64,000 nt of DNA from Schizosaccharomyces osmophilus (lineage: Eukaryota), in contig NC_079238.1 in assembly GCF_027921745.1 (NCBI RefSeq), positions 3,658,001-3,722,000 on the forward strand. The letters are read 5' to 3'. The position numbers and the translations under genes are program-made. This document shows positions 47,534 through 58,817 of the stretch, piece after piece. The notes under the pieces were generated by a model that had not been told where the DNA came from, did not search any database, and saw only the letters and a program-made list of their open reading frames with translations. Numbering within the stretch: the stretch's first letter is position 1; the number at the start of each line of letters is the position of its first letter.

Positions 47534-50011
47534 ATGCTTTCTTCTATGAGCTATAACGCTGCAGAAAATGATCCTAGAAAAAGTATGTTGTTTTATTTGT
47601 TATTTTTATCTTTTCCCCTACTTTACTAACGAATGGGATTTACGACCATTCTTGGCTTGCATGACTTTGGCATTGCAAGTCGGGATGCGTAAATTCTACG
47701 GTTTTTAGATCCTTCTAGTGATTTAAAGACTCAGTTTTGGTTAGCATTCTTAGTTGGAAGTTCTGCTTGCTTGTTTTTTTGCATTTTTCGTCGACGATGG
47801 AAGGTGCTTTACGCACCTAGAGCTTCCATTCAAGAATTGAAGCTACCAACGCTTTCTTCTTCCTCTTATTTGTGGTTACTTGATCTTATAAGAATTCCTG
47901 ATCATGTTTTTCAAAACTGTGCTGGGCTAGATGGTTATGTTTTCCTTTTGTTCTTTAAAATGGCTATAAAGTTTTTGGCCTTCACCTCGTTACTGGGTTT
48001 CACTGTGATTATGCCTGTCAATAAACACTTCCGAGGTGATGCCTTTGGGAATATAACATTTTCCGGTGTTCTCGCCCCATCTTCTTCGAGCTTTTATTCG
48101 CTCACCAGTCTGCCTCCGAAAGTACAGTCTTCACTTGCAAATCAAGATTCTATTTCTCTGCAGCATACCACAAACGCCATTTATAATTTTACAGATATTC
48201 CAGGACTTCCTGTACCTGGCGACGGGTTCCTCTATCTGTATGTTATTTTTACATACATCATATCTATTTATTTGCTTTATGTTTTATTTTCGTCCACAAA
48301 ATTAATTGCCGATATTCGACAATCTTACCTTGCTCGACAAACTCGTCTCGCAGATCGTACTGTTTTTATTTCCGGTCTTCCTCCTGACCTGTGCAGCTCT
48401 GAAGCTTTGAAGAGCTATTTAGAAAAGCTCGATATTGGCGATGTAGATCAAGTCAATATTTGCCGCAACTATATTGTTATGGACTCTCTTCTTTCTAAGC
48501 GTAAACTTTATGCACAAAAGCTCGAAAAGTATTGGCGTGCTTACAGAAAGGTTTGCGCAGATCATGGATTGCAGATTCCTAACATCCCAGATGATTTGAT
48601 TTCCGGCTTCGTTCCATACAATGGAACTTCACAACGTTTATTATCATTGCCAAGAGGTGAACTTCAGTATCGGCCCATGGTTCGAACCCACTTCTTTGGA
48701 TTTTTTGGACAGCAAATCGATGCTATCGACTTTTATTCAGCTAAATTGCTTAGCACAGATCAAAAAATTGAGTCTGCACGCCGTTTGAACTATCCCGCAA
48801 CAGGAGAGGCATTTGTTACTTTTGAATCTATGGCTAGTGCCCAAATTGTTGCACAGATCCACATCGATGCCAAGTCTTTGATGGGTTTACATATCTCCTT
48901 GGCACCTGCATCAAATGATATTCAATGGCACCACACTTACATAGGTCGATGGCATCGTTTTTTACGATCATGGCTGATTACGCTGCTAACGCTAATGATC
49001 ATCTTACTTTGGACCGTCCCCGTCGGTGCAATTGCTGTTTTTGTAAATCTCGATAATATCAGCAAACTGTGGCCTGAATTAGGACGTCTAATTCAGGACG
49101 TTCCATTTTTAAACTCGCTTCTTCGTACCTTCCTTCCTACTTTGGTATATTCCTTGTTTATCAGTATATCTCCCTACTTGTTCCAATGGTTGTCTAAAGT
49201 GCAAGGTTTTAATTCACGGGGAGAGGAAGAGATTTATTCAGTAGGAAAAAATTTTGCATACTTATTCGTCAACTTTTTCCTGGTTTATATTATCGCAGGT
49301 TCTACCTCTTACTGGGAATTAGTTAAGGATACTACTACACTCGCTCATTTCCTTGCAAATCGGCTTCCAAATCAAGCCCAATTTTTTATTGACCTTATTG
49401 TATTGCAAGGTATTGGTATGTTTCCTCTAAAATTGATACAGCTCGGAAAGCTTTTTATATATCTTATTCGTCGCTCATTTGCAAAGCATCCACAAGACTA
49501 TCGCAAACTTGAAAAGCCAGATTCGTTTAGTATTGGTATCTATTTACCTCAGCCTATGTTTATTTTAATGATTTGCCTTTGCTATAGTATAATTTCCCCT
49601 CTCATTTTGATCTTTGGGTTGATATACTTCATTGTTGGATTCTTAATATACAAATATGAACTTATTTATCAAATGGAGCACCCGCAACATTCTACAGGGA
49701 AGTTGTGGAGTATAATTTTTGAAAGAATTATATTTGGTTGCTTGCTTCTGCAGCTTACAATGATGGGTTTAATGAGTTTAAGAAAGGCTTATTGGCTTAG
49801 TACTGTCATTTTTCCCCTTTTTTGCTTTACGCTTACTTCCGCCTACAATTTCTCGAAAATGATTCAACCAGCGATGGAATTCGTTTCATTATATTATGTT
49901 CGAACGAGTCAATCTAATCAGCAAAATTCAGAAATTAGTAGTCGGTCTTCTGATGGATCCACTGCCTATATTCATCCGGGTTTTGTCAATTGCGAATTTG
50001 ACAGTACCTAA
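47534..50011 (+). CDS. OSCA/TMEM63/CSC1 (DUF221) family calcium-permeable mechano/osmo-sensitive channel, 2 exons: 47534(or 47546)-47582, 47709-50011
   Basis: LYAPR, GLDGYVFLLF, RTVFISGLP, AFVTFES, APASNDIQW and YSIISPLI motifs; many transmembrane helices. Exon 1 (M)LSSMSYNAAENDPRK joins in phase 1 via GTATGT...TACTAAC...TTTTTAG. Exact start is uncertain. Confidence 0.88.
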
Positions 50012-50286
50012 TTTCAACGAGATTGGTTTGCCATTTGATGCTTCTAATCCAAAAACGATATTAATAATCTCGAGATTCACGTTTCTTATAATTATTTATG
50101 GAATCTCCGTCATCATTTAGTTTCTATTTATTTGTTTTTGATTAGTCTAAATTTTTTTTTTTCTTTTTTTTTTTACAAAACTTGTTCAATATCTCATTAA
50201 GTGAATAATTTAATTAATAGTCTAATAAACTGCCAAACTTTGTAGAGTAAATTGATGAACCGAGCTGAAATATGAATTTATCAGAC

Positions 50287-51613
50287 TTAATACAACGGGA
50301 ATAGAGGGTCAACATCTTTTGACCAGCCTTGTAAACCGGACATTACATCAAAAATGTCAGCATCAGGATTCAATTCTTGAAGCTTTCTGACTGCAGCCTG
50401 AGACGTATTGCCGCTTCGGCATATTACACATACTCTTCCAGAGAGATCATTTAAAGCATCAACTTCTGATAATGGTACATTCTTAAATGAAGGAAGATTA
50501 CAAATACCATACTGAACTGGTTCGCGAACATCTAGGAATGTCATGCTGGATGACTCGCTAATTAAATGTGACAATTCTTTTGGGGTGATTCGCTTTATGG
50601 GATTCAAACTCTTTTCACCTTTTTTGGGAACAGCGTCACAAAGAGTAACATATTCGGAAGGAGAGGATTCAATGAAAGAACGAGTTAAGACTTTATGGGG
50701 ACCGCAAGATTTACAAGACTGTTGACGAGAGCGGATGCGCACATGCTTCCATTGAGGAAATTTAAATGCATGGAAAAGTAGAATAAAAGGGACAAATGCT
50801 TCTTTGTTTACTTCTTTCATACTCAATGCCAACTTAATCGTTTCCAAAGCTTGCATAGTACCCATGGTACCAACAACGGGTCCAAGAATTCCAGATTTAG
50901 CACAACTAGTAACCACCGGTGTAGGGTTTGGAAACATACAACGGTAACAAGGACCATTGCAGTAATTGTATATACAGAGCTGTCCTTCAAATTGAAGGGC
51001 TGAAGCTGAAATAAGAGGCTTTCCGTGCCAAACACAGACATCGGATATCAAATAGCGTGTAAACTGATTATCTGTGCAGTCAAGCACGATATCGTAGGCT
51101 GAAATAATTTCAAATAGGTTTTGGGGAGATGCATATTCCACATAGGTATGTATTTTCGCGTGTGGGTTTAAGCTGGATGCGTTAATAAAGTCAATCTTAG
51201 TAGGTAAAGCGTACTCTTGAAGAAATTGCTTGGCAGATTCAGCTTTTGGCATTCCCTCCTTACTGGTGGAGTGAATAACTTGACGATGAAGATTATTTTT
51301 ATCTACAACATCGCCGTCTAATAAGCCAATTGTTCCAATTCCTGCCGCAGTTATGTACTGAGCTGCAGGACATCCTAGTCCACCGACTCCGATGATTAAA
51401 GCGGATGAATTCTTCAACGCAAGTTGACCTGACCTTAGTTAGTAATTGATTTTTTTCTATCATAGTTTTTGAATCGATGTCGGACGTCGTATGAAGTTCT
51501 TGTTACATACCAGGCAAACCAATTTCAGGCAATATCATCTGACGCCCGTATCTAGCGTACTCTTCACTAGTGAGTTTTTCTTGTTCAATATTTTGATTCA
51601 ATTTATTCTCCAT
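50287..51613 (-). CDS. uba4: Urm1-activating adenylyltransferase/sulfurtransferase Uba4 (MOCS3), 3 exons: 51613-51511, 51428-51215, 51172-50287
   Basis: [36 protein letters not shown] and a C-terminal rhodanese domain (CRSGNTSQ...DPLFPLY). Confidence 0.92.
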
Positions 51614-51864
51614 TATTTTTATTATTCTTTGCTTTCGCAAACAGAAGAGGAAATTTTTTTGAATTCTAGAGTTTTGGTGGTGTAGTTGAATTTACTAACG
51701 AAACAGTTTAAGGTGGAAGAAATGCGAATAGGACACATATTAAGTTGTCTTAAGCGATTCAATGATTTCTTCTAATACGACAAAGTGAAAGGGTAGGAAA
51801 CATAATAAAAAAAAAGAAAAAGAATATATAGAAGACTACTTTGTAGATATCATTTTCCCTAATA

Positions 51865-54116
51865 TTACACCTGCTGTCGGCCAAGGTAATGAGGAGCCAC
51901 AGCGGATAACCAATTACCCCGAATGCTGCTGACACCCCGAACGTACGGTTTGGTAGTGAAAACCTATAAGGAAATTGTTAGCACATCACATTAATCATGC
52001 AGAAAGTATCGGACATACAGATTCATGGTACATTATCGCTTCCACCTTCTTACCAAAAAGTGAAGAGGAAGGATGTATAGATACAGTCTACAAAATTCGT
52101 TAGAATGATTTTGAGTATAAATAAGTTACTTACTTGATTGCCAACAGTAGTCTTGTAAGAACCATCGGGATGAAGCAAAGCAGTACTAGAAATGTAACCC
52201 GAAAGAAAAGAACGAAGAATATTTTCAGTGTTGACTTCAGTATTATCATTAATATCCCAATTCGCTTTTTTACAATGTTCTCGAAGCTGTTTGCGAATGT
52301 CCAATATAATCTTCAATGCACGGCGGTTAACAAAGTTCTGGTTGCACCAATGTTTTCGCATGTCCGAGCTTGTTTCGAGATATACCCGTAACGCATTTAA
52401 GCATGTAAGGTGATCTCCCTCACTATGCAAAAATTTTGTTTTGGCTTCAGCTGCCTCTTCCCTCTTCTCCTGAGGAAAGAGAAACATGGAGTCTGTTGAA
52501 AGACAAGACACGATGTCAATCACCTCGTTTAAGCAGTTATGCTCCCTGGCACTTAGCATAGCTCTAGCAAGCGATGGTAGCAAAGGAATCAACGACATTT
52601 GGTACCCCGTTTCATTGATTTTTCCGTTATCATCCAATGCGCCAATGGAATACAAGTGTTCCAAAGCACGCACAAGCGATTGCTTGGAAGGAGGATCCAT
52701 GTAATCAAAATTAATAACATCATTCTGGCCTCGGGCTTTAAGTGTCAATACTGCTTGAGAAAGATCTATCCGCTTGATTTCCGGCGTAGACTCTTTGGGA
52801 AGCTTATCAAAATCTGCCTCTGTATACAACCGATAGCACTGGCCCGGTGCTTCACGACCAGCACGGCCGCTACGTTGTCTCGCGGCAGACTGAGAAATGG
52901 GCTGTACCGTTAAGCTCTCCAAGCCTAATCGGGCGTTGAATTGCTTCACCTTGGCTAAACCAGTGTCGATAACATACCGAATTCCCGAGATGGTGACAGA
53001 CGTTTCTGCAATATTTGTAGACAACACGATTTTACGATGATTGGGAATAGTAGGCTGAAAAACCAGCATTTGCTGCTCTTGTGGTAAACTAGCGAAAAGA
53101 GGGCAAGCTTGTATTTGCAGCTTATTGGAAGGCAATTGCTTCGCATAATCTGTAATTAAAGATTCCAATGCCTCAATCTCATCTTGACCCGTAAGGAAAA
53201 CGAGCATATCACCAGGAGGCAGTTTTACGTGCAACTGAAATATGGTACGCAAGCAAGCGTCCATGTAATCTTGTTCTGGAACATATGTATAATGTATTTG
53301 AACGGGGTACTGTCGACCACTAATGAAACATATTTCAGCGCCATCAAAAAACTCAGAAAATCTTTCTGCATTCAACGTAGCACTCATAATGATAACACGC
53401 AAAGCAGGTCTCTTTTTTATAATCTTTTTTACAAAACCAAGAAGCATGTCAGTCATGAGAGTTCTTTCATGTGCTTCATCCAAAATTAACGTATGGTATT
53501 GCGAAAGAAGAGGATCGTTAATTAGCTCTCTCAACAGCATGCCATCGGTCAGATACTTGGCTCTCGTGTTGGGACTTGTTGAATCATCAAAACGAATGGA
53601 ATAACCAACCTTATCTCCCAGCCGAGTATTCTGCTCTTGGGCTACACGTTTCGCCAAATTTACAGCGGCTACCCTACGGGGCTGCGTAATTCCCACACAT
53701 CCTTCTTTCGCGTATTCACATTCATTAAGAAACTGAGGAATTTGAGTGGATTTACCTGAACCAGTTTCACCGACGACTACAATTACACGATTGTCTTGGA
53801 TTTTTTGACAAATGGCATCCTTAGCCTCCCAGATAGGTAATTGTTTTCTTTGTTCAAGCAAACTTTTCTTCTTCGGAGGCTTGTCAACGCTTTTTGAAAC
53901 TGCAAAAGTATCAGATTGTTCTTCACTTCGCTCTTCGTCTTCATCCATAAAGTTCACGAATCCATTCCGTTTCCCAGTTTCGATTCCTTTTTTGGAAGAG
54001 CCTTTCGACTTTTTTGTATTTTTTTTTGATTCTGATGACAGTTGACCCTTGGTAAATCCGTTCGTCAAATTTTTACCAAGTGTCCCTTCTCTACTACCTT
54101 CATTTTCACCAGCCAT
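51865..54116 (-). CDS. prh1: DEAH-box RNA helicase Prh1 (Dhr2/DHX33-like), 3 exons: 54116-52134, 52087-52019, 51963-51865
   Basis: [24 protein letters not shown] and QRSGRAGR motifs; two small 3' exons complete the OB-fold (IHPSSSLF...YVRGVS). Confidence 0.88.
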
Positions 54117-54355
54117 GACCACTTTCTTGTAAAATTAATTAAATAAACCAAAAAGAGCCCCAATTAATCCCTTAATTATACATAGAAAAATGCGAATACC
54201 CGTTAATTCGCTATTTTTTATTTTTCTTTTAATATAGGCAAAAGCCCGTACTTAGTGTATGTTGCGATTTGACTTTGTGGAATAAAGATGGTTAGTATAC
54301 TCTCAAACAATACTTTTACGTTGTGCGTTGCAATTTGGTACTGACTTAAAGCTGT

Positions 54356-54365
54356 CGCGACGCGT
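54356..54365. promoter_or_regulatory. Compound MCB element (CGCGACGCGT) about 150 bp upstream of rqh1
   Basis: Perfect ACGCGT at 54360-54365 preceded by a second CGCG core, in an otherwise AT-rich divergent promoter. Confidence 0.6.
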
Positions 54366-54513
54366 TTACCAATTTCAAAGTTTTACTAAAGCAAATAAGC
54401 CAAATTGGTTTTACAGGCAGACCCGTCATCCATACCTAAATCCTTTTTCCTTTGTCGACGAAACAATGCTTGGTGACTGAGGAGAGGTACTTAGGTTCAG
54501 TACATCGAAGAAT

Positions 54514-57500
54514 ATGGTTGTAACCAAAACAAACCTGAATCAACATCTTGATTGGTTTTTTCGTAATGGCCCTCAAAAATTAGAATACAACAAGCAACCT
54601 TCTGTCTCACTTAATTTTGACAATGTTTCAGTCGACTGGTCGCAGAAAGCTACTTTGGCACCCATAAAGTCAGTAAGTCCTCCAAAGTCAAACGTACTGG
54701 ACATGTTTGATGAACAGCAAGCCATTGATTTGACAGATGACTTCCCAAAATCCATGGTACTTAAAAGACAGTCATCATCTGGTGATTCTGATAAGTATAA
54801 TTCCAAGCGAGCAAGGAGTACTAAAGCAGTCGACAGTGAAGAAGAATTTGACGATGTTGACGAGGAGTTTCTTCGAGCTGCTGAAATGGAGGCTTTTCAA
54901 AAACAACCTTCCTATGCTCCAGCCTTCGTGGAACACTCATCTGTACCTGAATCCGTGTTGAATCCCATACCTCATATTGATAATCAACAATACAGCGATG
55001 AATTCCTGAACGGAAAAGGCTCGTTTTGTACCCCTGATGATCAAAAAAATTCCAATACGCATGCTGCAACTCCTGTTCGTCAGTCTAGCATACCAGAAAA
55101 TCACCGTTCATTAACTGCTACACCCAATTCATCCTCCATCTCTTTAGACTTTTGTTCTTGGCCTCGGGATAATTTGCAACATTACTTAGAGATTCTGAGA
55201 GAGGAGAAAAGTGAACTAAGCGATCGAATCATCGAAATGATGGAGAATGATCCAACCTCTATGCGATTCAAAGAATGGATTCCCAAACGGGATGTTTTGA
55301 GTCGTAAAATTTCTCTTGTCCATGATGCTATTTCAAACTCGGAATACCCTTTGCAACCTTCTAATCTTACTACCCCTTCAAGGGAGCAGGAAAGGGAACA
55401 TGAACCTACTTTTCCTTCGACGTTTGTACCTGAATCAGTAATGAAGCAAAAAGAGCTTCCACAAGCTCCGCCGTTCAACAGTACCTTTAATAATGAAAAG
55501 GTTGCTGCTACCCCTACTGTTTCAAATGCTTCGGGAAACTTTGTGGAGCAGCCTTATGAAAAGGATATATCTTCTACGGATATCGACAGTTTCGAATTTA
55601 ATGATGCTGACATCACTTTTCCAGCAACTGATCCCATCCAGGATGTTCCGAGCTCTCCCAACGAAGCCTTGTTAATAGATAGCGACAACAATGGTTATGC
55701 CAATGACAAACAGAACACTAGCCCGAACGAAGCACAGCACGAAAATATTCCCCTAAGAGAGATTCAGAATGGCAGGCTAAATATAAATGCTAGTCAATCA
55801 AGAAATGAAGATATGGACAGAAGCCATCTAGTTCAACTCCCCCCGAAAACGGATCCTGCTTTGAACCATAGGTGGTCATCTGAGCTTCTTCATGTGTTGA
55901 AGCACACGTTTAATCTCAAAGGGTTTCGGAGAAATCAACTGGATGCTATTAACGGGACGCTTTCTGGAAGGGACGTCTTTGTTCTAATGCCCACAGGTGG
56001 TGGTAAATCATTGTGTTACCAACTACCAGCGGTACTTGAAGGTGGAGTAACCCGAGGTGTCACTCTAGTTGTTTCACCACTTCTCTCTTTGATGCAGGAT
56101 CAACTTGAACATTTGAGGAAAATTAATATTCCATCCTTGCCTCTTAGTGGTGAACAGCCTGTCGATGAGCGTCGAAAAGTTATATCTTTCCTTATGGCAG
56201 AAAAAGTAATGGTAAAATTACTTTATGTTACACCCGAGGGTTTGGCAAGCAATGGTGCGATAACAAGGGTTTTGAAAAATCTGTATGATCGAAAATTGCT
56301 TGCCCGCATAGTGATCGATGAAGCACATTGTGTAAGCCATTGGGGTCACGATTTTCGACCTGACTACAAGCAGTTAGGGGTGTTGAGAGATTCTTATCGA
56401 GGTGTGCCTCTGATGGCTTTAACAGCTACTGCCAATGAAGTTGTAAAAAAGGACATCATAAACACCCTTAGAATGGATCGTTGCTTGGAACTCAAATCTA
56501 GCTTTAATCGCCCTAATTTATTTTATGAGATACGACCAAAGAAGGATCTTTATACAGAATTATATCGGTTTCTCAGTAATGGACACATGCATGAATCGGG
56601 TATTATATATTGCCTTTCAAGGACTAGTTGCGAGCAAGTTGCGGATAAGTTGAGAAAAGATTATGGATTAAAAGCTTGGCATTATCATGCTGGAATTGAC
56701 AAAAACGAAAGGCAAAGAATTCAAAGCGAATGGCAAGCTGGAAACTATAATATTATTGTCGCTACTATCGCCTTTGGTATGGGTGTTGATAAAGGTGATG
56801 TACGATTTGTCATTCATCACAGTTTTCCAAAATCTCTTGAAGGCTATTATCAAGAGACAGGTCGCGCTGGCAGAGATGGAAAGCCAGCGCATTGTATAAT
56901 GTTCTACAGTTACAAAGACCATGTAACCTTCCAACGATTAATTATGAGCGGTGATGGTGATGCTGAAACGAAAGATCGCCAGCGACATATGCTTCGGCAA
57001 GTTATACAATTTTGTGAAAATAAATCTGATTGTAGAAGAAAACAGATATTAGCATACTTTGGTGAAAGTTTTGACCGGGCACAATGTTCTCGAGGTTGTG
57101 ATATATGTTGCGAAGAAGCGACATATGTAAAAAGGGATATGACCGATATTGCAGCCAAAGCTATTAAATTAATACGATCCCTATCAGGAAAAACAACTCT
57201 TCTACAGTTAATAGATGTATTTCGTGGTAGTAAAGGAGCGAAAATTATTGAAAACGGCTGGGATAGACTAGAAGGAGCCGGCGACGGAAAGTCATTGAAC
57301 AGAGGAGATTCAGAAAGACTATTTCACCAATTGGTTGCCGAAGGAATATTTGTTGAGAAAGTGGAAGCTAATCGTAGAGGGTTCGTATCGGCTTATGTAT
57401 TACCCGGTAAGCAAACACTGTTAAATGCGGTAATAGCTGGGAAACACCGAGTTATACTTGAGATAAAGCAGGAATCGTCAAATTCTGGAAATGAAAGCAG

Positions 57501-58389
57501 GGGCTTGACACGCAGCAATACGCTGCCGAATATGACAAGAAATTATTCTTCAACTCTAAGGACGAATAGTTCGACTAGTAATCACGATCAGTTTCCAGGA
57601 AATGATGACATTTACGATTCACAATTGGCTCCGAACAATGTAGGACGTGAAATAGTAACGGGTCGCAAAATCAATTCAGATAGTTTATCTGGTAACAGTT
57701 TTATGTCTGAATATGAAATGGACATTATGAATCGTTGTTTCGCTGAACTAAAGATCCTTCGAAGTAATCTAATGGCGTTGAATGATTCTAGAGTTGGTTC
57801 GTACTTTACAGATGCGATTTTATCTAGCATGGCTCAAAAACTTCCTAGGAATACTACGGAATTAAAAGAGATACATGGGGTCAGTGGTGAACGCGCAGAA
57901 AGAGTTGGGCCACAATTTCTTCAGATTATTCAAAAGTATATTGATGAAAAAGATCAAAATTTGGCTGGAACCGAATTGGATCCTACGGTTGAGAGTATTG
58001 ATGTTGATGAATTTGATAATATCGATGTACTCGATTTTCAGCCTGAAGAAGATGGTAATGACTTTGATGAAAATGGTAGCGACTATCAGCCTTCAAGTCC
58101 TCTGGATGAAGCATCGGTTACTCAAAGAAATGATATCTTAAATTTTATGTGTAGTCAGTCTGTTTCTCAACATGAACCTCGTCCTACTTCTCAGTCAACG
58201 ACTGCTTCGAATACAAGTACGTATAGGAGAGGCGGTTCTCGAGGAGGTCGTTCTGCAAGGGGGGGCCGTGGACGAAGAGCAATGCCTCAGCGTCGCAAAA
58301 GACCAGCGAATTCTCAGTCCCGTCCTCGAAGAGCATCAAACTCGTCCAGTTCATTTATTCGGCCAATGGTTCGACAAAACTACAGCTAA
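54514..58389 (+). CDS. rqh1: RecQ helicase Rqh1 (Sgs1/BLM ortholog)
   Basis: MVVTKTNLNQHLDW Top3-binding N-terminus, MPTGGGKSLCYQLP, DEAHCVSHWGHDFRPDY, YYQETGRAGRDG, RQC zinc domain, HRDC, RGG-rich tail. Confidence 0.97.
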   Translation: MVVTKTNLNQHLDWFFRNGPQKLEYNKQPSVSLNFDNVSVDWSQKATLAPIKSVSPPKSNVLDMFDEQQAIDLTDDFPKSMVLKRQSSSGDSDKYNSKRARSTKAVDSEEEFDDVDEEFLRAAEMEAFQKQPSYAPAFVEHSSVPESVLNPIPHIDNQQYSDEFLNGKGSFCTPDDQKNSNTHAATPVRQSSIPENHRSLTATPNSSSISLDFCSWPRDNLQHYLEILREEKSELSDRIIEMMENDPTSMRFKEWIPKRDVLSRKISLVHDAISNSEYPLQPSNLTTPSREQEREHEPTFPSTFVPESVMKQKELPQAPPFNSTFNNEKVAATPTVSNASGNFVEQPYEKDISSTDIDSFEFNDADITFPATDPIQDVPSSPNEALLIDSDNNGYANDKQNTSPNEAQHENIPLREIQNGRLNINASQSRNEDMDRSHLVQLPPKTDPALNHRWSSELLHVLKHTFNLKGFRRNQLDAINGTLSGRDVFVLMPTGGGKSLCYQLPAVLEGGVTRGVTLVVSPLLSLMQDQLEHLRKINIPSLPLSGEQPVDERRKVISFLMAEKVMVKLLYVTPEGLASNGAITRVLKNLYDRKLLARIVIDEAHCVSHWGHDFRPDYKQLGVLRDSYRGVPLMALTATANEVVKKDIINTLRMDRCLELKSSFNRPNLFYEIRPKKDLYTELYRFLSNGHMHESGIIYCLSRTSCEQVADKLRKDYGLKAWHYHAGIDKNERQRIQSEWQAGNYNIIVATIAFGMGVDKGDVRFVIHHSFPKSLEGYYQETGRAGRDGKPAHCIMFYSYKDHVTFQRLIMSGDGDAETKDRQRHMLRQVIQFCENKSDCRRKQILAYFGESFDRAQCSRGCDICCEEATYVKRDMTDIAAKAIKLIRSLSGKTTLLQLIDVFRGSKGAKIIENGWDRLEGAGDGKSLNRGDSERLFHQLVAEGIFVEKVEANRRGFVSAYVLPGKQTLLNAVIAGKHRVILEIKQESSNSGNESRGLTRSNTLPNMTRNYSSTLRTNSSTSNHDQFPGNDDIYDSQLAPNNVGREIVTGRKINSDSLSGNSFMSEYEMDIMNRCFAELKILRSNLMALNDSRVGSYFTDAILSSMAQKLPRNTTELKEIHGVSGERAERVGPQFLQIIQKYIDEKDQNLAGTELDPTVESIDVDEFDNIDVLDFQPEEDGNDFDENGSDYQPSSPLDEASVTQRNDILNFMCSQSVSQHEPRPTSQSTTASNTSTYRRGGSRGGRSARGGRGRRAMPQRRKRPANSQSRPRRASNSSSSFIRPMVRQNYS

Positions 58390-58817
58390 AATAGAAATTA
58401 GCTGATTTAAGTATTTAACTGAGCCTATAGTCCATCTATTATGTTATTCATAGCTCTAATTCTTCGTGTGAAACTTGGTGTTTTGCTCGTAATCTTTTTA
58501 GTTTGCCTATCATTAAGACAATCATTGGCAGGTATTCCACTTTTATCGAACTTCTAGATAGTCCTTCTTTTAATTGTTAATTCTTCTATATTTATTTTTT
58601 TTATGAAATTATTGTTTGTTAGTGAGAATTTAATGAAACTCAGTACGAATAATTTATCTATAGTATGTTTGTTTATGGAGGGGCGCGATGATACAATCAG
58701 AGGGGTAAATATCTTACTACCACAAAGAGCATCAACTCATTTAACTTGAACCACACTCTTCTATAGTTTTTAACTTAAGTTGTTGGACATTTTTAAGAGG
58801 AATTGTTTATCATTCTA

